A DNA stretch of 64,000 bases from an uncultured Verrucomicrobiae bacterium (GTDB taxonomy: Bacteria > Verrucomicrobiota > Verrucomicrobiia > Limisphaerales > Palsa-1400). Made by a program: the position numbers and the translations under genes. Where the stretch lies: contig CAVPOM010000008.1 of the NCBI GenBank assembly GCA_963707025.1, positions 32,001-96,000 of the forward strand. The letters run 5' to 3'. This document shows, in pieces, positions 58,256 to 64,000 of the stretch (position 1 is the stretch's first letter; each line of letters begins with the position of its first letter). The notes beneath the pieces are model-generated. The model searched no databases and was not told the DNA's origin. It worked only from the letters and a program-made list of their open reading frames with translations.

Positions 58256-59077
58256 TCAGCTGCTCTCGACATCAACCACCAGCCAGGAAAGATTCTCGCG
58301 CGCGGTGGAAACTCTGAGTGTATGGAATGGTTGGGCGGCACCGGGCGCCAATTTGGGCGCCGACAGAACATCTTGATCCGCCACGATGACATGCTTTCGC
58401 CCGGCCAATGCGACGATGTCTTTCTGAAGTTCGGGAGCCGCTGACCAAATGCTATTTAGCAAGATCAGTGGTTCCTTCGAAGAGCGTATGGTCGGCCAAA
58501 GCACCCGAATCGCATCCAGGGTTTGGCCTGGGCGGTGAGAATTCGTTGCGTAAAGCAGGGTTCCGATTGGCACGAACCAGCTGGGCTCATGCAAATCCAA
58601 TCCGGCGGGGGTGCGATGCAGCCGGTCGGTGCGACAGAACGCGTGTCCCAAAGCAGTCAAAATAAAGGTGCGTTGAGGAGCGGTACCCCCGGTTATCAGG
58701 GTAAGTCCAACATCCTGAGCGATGAGGTTTTTCAACACCCCGACCGTAACCGGATTGTGTCGCAACCGGGGGTGATCAAGGAGCGGCAGATCCCGGCACA
58801 GTTCGTCGACGACACGGTGGCGATCTTGTGGAGCGAGTTGTTCGAGCAAACAAAAGAACGAGACGAGGTGCGGTTGAGGATAGACGCCAAACCAGTGGCT
58901 GGCAGTGCTCTCCGAGCGTCCCATGAGCCGGGCAAACTCGATGTTGCTGAGGGAATAGCCGCGCGAGGCGCCAACGGCCGCACCGATGCGCTCAAACAAC
59001 TTATTTCCGGCGATGGGATAAGCCGGCGGTCGGATGAAACCGGAGTCGTCCTTGCTGGCACTATGCTTTTTCTTCAT
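58256..59077 (-). CDS. hypothetical protein (possible N-terminal HTH)
   Basis: 273-aa ORF; EFARLMGRSESTASHW. Confidence 0.55.
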   Translation of the reverse strand: MKKKHSASKDDSGFIRPPAYPIAGNKLFERIGAAVGASRGYSLSNIEFARLMGRSESTASHWFGVYPQPHLVSFFCLLEQLAPQDRHRVVDELCRDLPLLDHPRLRHNPVTVGVLKNLIAQDVGLTLITGGTAPQRTFILTALGHAFCRTDRLHRTPAGLDLHEPSWFVPIGTLLYATNSHRPGQTLDAIRVLWPTIRSSKEPLILLNSIWSAAPELQKDIVALAGRKHVIVADQDVLSAPKLAPGAAQPFHTLRVSTARENLSWLVVDVESS

Positions 59078-60550
59078 GGCTTGTGTTTGGCGGCAAACTC
59101 CCGCTCCATTCTCATACTTCTGTCAAGGACAGGCGAGTTTGACGGGTTTGGAAGGTTCGGTCCCGTACCGATCAAAAAGGGGAATTTCTCCCAAAATCAA
59201 TCCTCGACGGTCGGATTGCGACCCTCGCCTTGGTGAATGAATGCCCATTGTTCATTGGCCTCGGTGGCACCCTGGGGCACGACTCCCAGCGGAATTGCCA
59301 GCAAGAGCCTCCTTCGTAGGGTTACGGATCACCCCCCGGTAACCGGACGCGAACCCGGCTCGCACGACCAATTCCGCAAATTGATCGCCCAGAGGCATAC
59401 ATGGAGAGCAGTGCGGCATGAAGCCGCCCAGTTTCGGCACATTATCGGCACAAATTTCTAGCCCGGTGTCGCCCGCCGTCTTTCAGGGATCGAACGCCTG
59501 CCCATGCTGCGTCTCCCCCGTCATCAAATGTCTCCGTGAAATCGGCTCCAGAATTGTCCGATCTCGAACGGCAAGAATCAAATAGTTCAACGGGTCGAAG
59601 GAAATCCCACGTATTGGATATAATCCATCGGGTTGGAGATGAGTTTACGGATTTCTTGCGCGGGTCATAATCGCTCAGATGATGGAGAAATCGAGATTCC
59701 GCGCCGTTGACGCCGCTCGAGAGCGTGAGCGGGTGCATGGCGGCGGTCTGGTTGCGGAACTGTCACGAACCCGTTGTTCCAGCGGATCCTCTATAGCGAG
59801 CCCATTATTCCACCGATATTATAAGCGTCCATTATAAACCCAATGTAATCCCTTGTCAATTTCGAGATGTGTATCCATACATTAACAAACAGTTGTGGCG
59901 GTCTTGAGGACTGGTCCCGATCCGGTGGGCCGGATTGGGCTTCCCATTTCTCTGCCACGCGCGATAAAACGGAAATGATGTCGCAATTGCCGTCGGCAAC
60001 CGGCATGATGCAAGCGTTCGCGAATGCGGACGGGATCGGGCCCGTGTTTCCGTCGGCGCGTCCTCAAATTTGCCCAGGATGGCCTGGGTGGTACTTTGGG
60101 ATCATGGCTCAGTGCGCCCAGCCGGGCCGCCGCAACAAAAAGGGGGTTGAGACTCACATCAGTACCGGCGTGGCCCTGGTACATCGTGAACCCCCTTCGC
60201 CGGCCCCGGTCAAGCTGACCAAAATCAATTGTATTTCGATGAAACCCCTGCGCTTTCTGCAAGCCTGGCAGTGCGAGCTTGACAAGCGAGCTCCCTCTCA
60301 GACCAAGCTCCAAGATCAAACACCCAGCAAACCACGGCTGAAGTCATGCCATGACACCAAAACAACACATTAAATCGGCCAAAAGCGAGGCGGAGGGGGG
60401 CACGATGTACCACGGCTGGCCGGACCCACATCAGTACGGTACTTGTATTACGAGGTTTTCGGCTATAGGGTTGTGGAATATGGGATATTGTAAGGGATAT
60501 TGTAATATCGGAAATCCATTCCTTGTAAGGTTTGAACTGCGATCAAAAGT

Positions 60551-60913
60551 ATGCCGACGACAAATCTTGGTGCCTTCATCCGACAGACCCGAAAGGGAAA
60601 GGGGATCTCGGGGCGTGAGCTTTCACGGCGTATCAACATTTCCGCCCCTGCACTTTCTGAAATCGAGCGGGGAATAAGAAATCCGTCGGACGCCGTTCTT
60701 GAGAGGATAGCTCGAAGCCTCGGCGTGGAATTTGAGCAGTTGCATGCGCTTGATTCATGGTCTGCCCTCAAGGAATTCAGGGAAATGATCGAATCGGACC
60801 GTGATCTAAGTCTGTCGTTTGTGGGGGTGGTCCGTGCGATAAACACAGGAAAAGTCAGCCGGAAAGCTCTGGCTGATAAGCTCTTGCAAATGTGTCACAA
60901 TTCGGGTCGTTGA
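60551..60913 (+). CDS. XRE-family HTH regulator
   Basis: IRQTRK.KGIS.RELS...IS...LSEIERG.RNPS. Confidence 0.88.
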   Translation: MPTTNLGAFIRQTRKGKGISGRELSRRINISAPALSEIERGIRNPSDAVLERIARSLGVEFEQLHALDSWSALKEFREMIESDRDLSLSFVGVVRAINTGKVSRKALADKLLQMCHNSGR

Positions 60914-61522
60914 TGCCCATTGATTCGCCTTCGCCGCAGAGTCCAACCACAATAGGTGGTGTATAGCGGCAAGGAACCACACAATTCTCCCCTTCGGTTC
61001 CACGTTTGTGGAAAGACTCTTCTTCTGTCGTCGGCAGCAACTTCAGCAGGCAAACGGAAAAAATAGTGAATTTTACTTGAACATGTTCCAGATATTCGTT
61101 AATCTGTGGTACGTATGAGAAACACATTACTGCGAACGAGATCGTGCCGAGAGTCTCATCAGGCAGGCATACGCCATGCCACGGCATTCGCTCCAGAGCC
61201 TCTGCAATGAGACGGCATCAATCAAACGATTCATGGTACCCGCCGTCGGGTTTGCTGCCAGTTTCTGGGACGTTTCCTTTTCAGGCGGTAATCGATCTTC
61301 AACCGGCGACCGGGTATCCGGGATTACATCCAAGAGTTGTGAGGCACCTTGTAAAGCTCAACCGCCTTGAAACTCCCGGCAAATCGCGAGACAAAAGGAG
61401 GTTGAACATCAAAAGCTCTCAATTGCTTGAACTTTGTGACGATGTCCAGTGGCTGATTCCATCTCTGCGGCCCGGCACAAAGAGCAGAGGACCCCCTGCA
61501 CATCAAACCTCCGGGTAAGACT

Positions 61523-61831
61523 ATGAACGCGCTTTCCCGCCAAGCCAGGATATTTGCCAAGCCGGAATATCCCGCAGTACTCGATAAACGCCAGGCCCGC
61601 GAAATCCTTGGTTACACGGAAGACGAATTTGATGCGATTATCCGAAGCAAACACATTCAGTTCCTGGGTACACCACGTCCGCGAAGGCAAAAGAAATTTG
61701 CGACAGCCCACATTCTGGAGCTGCGTGACGATGTGGAGTGGCTCTCAAACGCTCAGGACATCATTTCGGGACATTGGCGTAAGCTCAACGCCTCGAAGAG
61801 GAACAAAAATAAAAGGATTTCTTTGTCATGA
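61523..61831 (+). CDS. excisionase-like small DNA-binding protein
   Basis: PAVLD..QA.EILG HTH-like pattern; upstream of the integrase; degenerate paralog near 61200-61500 (LELCDDVQWL vs LELRDDVEWL). Confidence 0.5.
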   Translation: MNALSRQARIFAKPEYPAVLDKRQAREILGYTEDEFDAIIRSKHIQFLGTPRPRRQKKFATAHILELRDDVEWLSNAQDIISGHWRKLNASKRNKNKRISLS

Positions 61832-62411
61832 CAACCAGCTCCGACAGACTCGTTCTGGATAAATGGAAACTCACGTCACCCGAAACGGGCCGGCCAGCTA
61901 TATTAGCATGGCCCTTCCCGATTGACGCGGGCGGATTTATTGTGGATTTGCATGTCAGATGGCCGCTTGCAATGGACGATCACGCCGTAAATCGAGGGAA
62001 TTGCCGCGGTCATATTCATATTGTTAAGCGCCTCTCTGTTCCATTCCAAGGCATCGCAGAAGCCGAATCAGTCACGGATGGATGCCATTCAACGCCGGTG
62101 GAAGACATGGGAAAAAAGCGTGGGACTTTGCGCAAGTGCTTGGTACGCAATGCCCAAATTGTTCATTCCATTTCTAAACGACCCGGGGGAGTTCTTAATC
62201 GCAAGCACCAAATGTCGCCGGCAACCACGATTAACACGGGTGGCCAGTGGGAAAACCTGGTGAGAAAAGTGTACAGCACAATGTGCATTTTGGTAGCTCT
62301 ATACTTGTATGGGCTCATGTATGGCGAAGCTGACACACGAACGGCAATTAGCGCTCGGTTTGGCCTGCTTACATGGTCACTTGGCATTTATATTTCATGT
62401 TTGGACACGTT

Positions 62412-63773
62412 ATGGCGCATATAATCAAAGACCGAAAGTCGCCGTACTATCAGGCGCGGTTCACCAACCAAAATGGAAAGCTCGTGCAACGCAGTACCAA
62501 GACAAAGGATCGCGACCGGGCAAGTAATATGGCGACTTGTTGGGAATTGGAAGCTCGAGCGGTTCGCGAACATCAATTTCCAAAGTCGAGGTATCGCGTC
62601 GTTAGAGAAGTGATGTATCATATGGCATCGGGAGACGCGGTTACTATACCCACCGTGGACGCTTTCCTCGATGCTTTTATCCATGAGAGTGAAGTTCAAC
62701 TTGAAGACCAAACAGCCTTGAGTCGGAAACAAACAGTAAGGCTCTTCTTGAGCTATTTAAAGGAAACCCATGAAAATCCACATCCACATTGATGAAATAA
62801 CGACAACCCACATCAGAGGCTTTAGGGACCACATGATGGCTGCGGGTCACAGTGCCGCTACGATCAACCTTCGTTTACATACCCTCGGTACAGCTTTCAA
62901 CGAGGCCAAGCGCCAGGGACTAATAGACGTGAATCCAGCTAATGGGGTTAAGGTGCGCCAGGCGAAATCGGAAGGCCAAAGAAAGGACAGCCGCAGGCCA
63001 TTCAGGCGGAGCGAAATGCTGCGGATCATCGACATTTCTAGAGTTGAAATAGTGGGCGCAATAGTTACCAGCCTGAACCTTGGAAACAGAAATGGGGACG
63101 TTACGATGATGAGAATTGGCGAGGTAAATTGGGCGAACGCTGAAGTGACACTTACTACAACAGGAAGGGGAAAAAGGACGTGAATGTGCCTGTTCTCCCA
63201 GAATGGGTGGCGTTCGCCGAGGAATTTTTGCAACATCATCCTGATAAGGCAAATCCGGAGGCGTTCCTTTTTTGGACTTACTCTAAATCCGGGCAGAGAG
63301 ATCGTGTGCACCTTTTGGCTCGGGACTTTGCCGATGTATTAATTCGAGCGGGTTTGAGAGATCCGAACGCTCCTAAGCCCTTCGGAGCCGCACGGAGGAC
63401 ATTTGACCTTTGCTTTCATTGCATACGCAGGTCGCTGAACATGGCGTGCAAACTGAGTAATATGCAGACGGACGCTGTTAAAGCATTGTTGAGTCAAGAG
63501 GATGATGCAACGAATAAGCAGTATGACAATTTTGGGGTGCGTGAAATGCGCAAGCAACTCTATAAAGCTGCGGGGAAGCACGAACTTTTGGAGGCAATTG
63601 AGGAGGAAAAGGAGCCATGGATGACTTTACAGGACATAATGGATGTGACGGTTTATGCGACTAATAAACTGCGGGCCATTCGCGTCAACACGGAAAGGGC
63701 ATTGCCTTCAACGCCTCCCGAAATCAGGGCCCCCGCTGTTACTAAGGAATCAAATGATGAAAAAGCGTCTTAA
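62412..63773 (+). CDS. tyrosine recombinase/integrase (split across three frames)
   Basis: arm-type N-terminus (SPYYQARF...RSTKT); GNRNGD, FHCIRR and QY catalytic-like residues. Confidence 0.8.
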
Positions 63774-64000
63774 AATTGGAGTGCGGAACTGCTCCACTCA
63801 GCACATAGCGTCATCCCAGATCGGAAGCGTCGAGTTTCAGAGACTGCTTGAGATTTCAGACGAGGAGTGGCAGGGGATTCTTCGTTTTGGCCGATATTGC
63901 AGTTTCCCCCTGGTTGTTTGCGCTCGGCTGAAACAGGCAAATATTGGGAGCCGCCAGCAAACGTGCCGTTTTTGGGTTTCAAAGACAGGGCAATCCGTTG

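Overview
GC-rich bacterial window; a Verrucomicrobia-like host is my inference only. It carries many single-base frameshifts that look like assembly indels. 1-10 kb: accessory genes, two attC-like sites, an IS4 element with a 9-bp target duplication, and a GSP-synthase-like ATP-grasp/DUF350 operon. 10.8-24 kb: putative membrane-lipid modification region (GbsR/MarR regulator, MBOAT-like protein, desaturase, two linalool-dehydratase-like proteins, B12 radical SAM enzyme). 31-35 kb: dinB, dtd, arfB, rtcB. The centrepiece is a minus-strand unit at about 50.85-33.4 kb. It starts with a sigma70 promoter and a 56-codon leader ORF that uses all 20 amino acids and 42 different codons. The last codons of that ORF overlap an antiterminator for a strong intrinsic terminator. 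Downstream come a structured leader with a boxA-like motif and 28 atypical tRNA genes covering all 20 amino acids, all with G55 T-loops and several with odd folds. Interleaved are six Y RNAs, Ro60/TROVE, a metallophosphoesterase and a DIP1984-like gene with its own structured RNA, followed by an HNH nuclease, a large PD-(D/E)xK protein and RtcB. I interpret this as a backup-tRNA/RNA-repair operon switched on by a ribosome-stalling 'pan-codon' attenuator. 53.7-64 kb: an integrative element with orphan antitoxin-like genes, an XRE regulator and a frameshifted tyrosine integrase.
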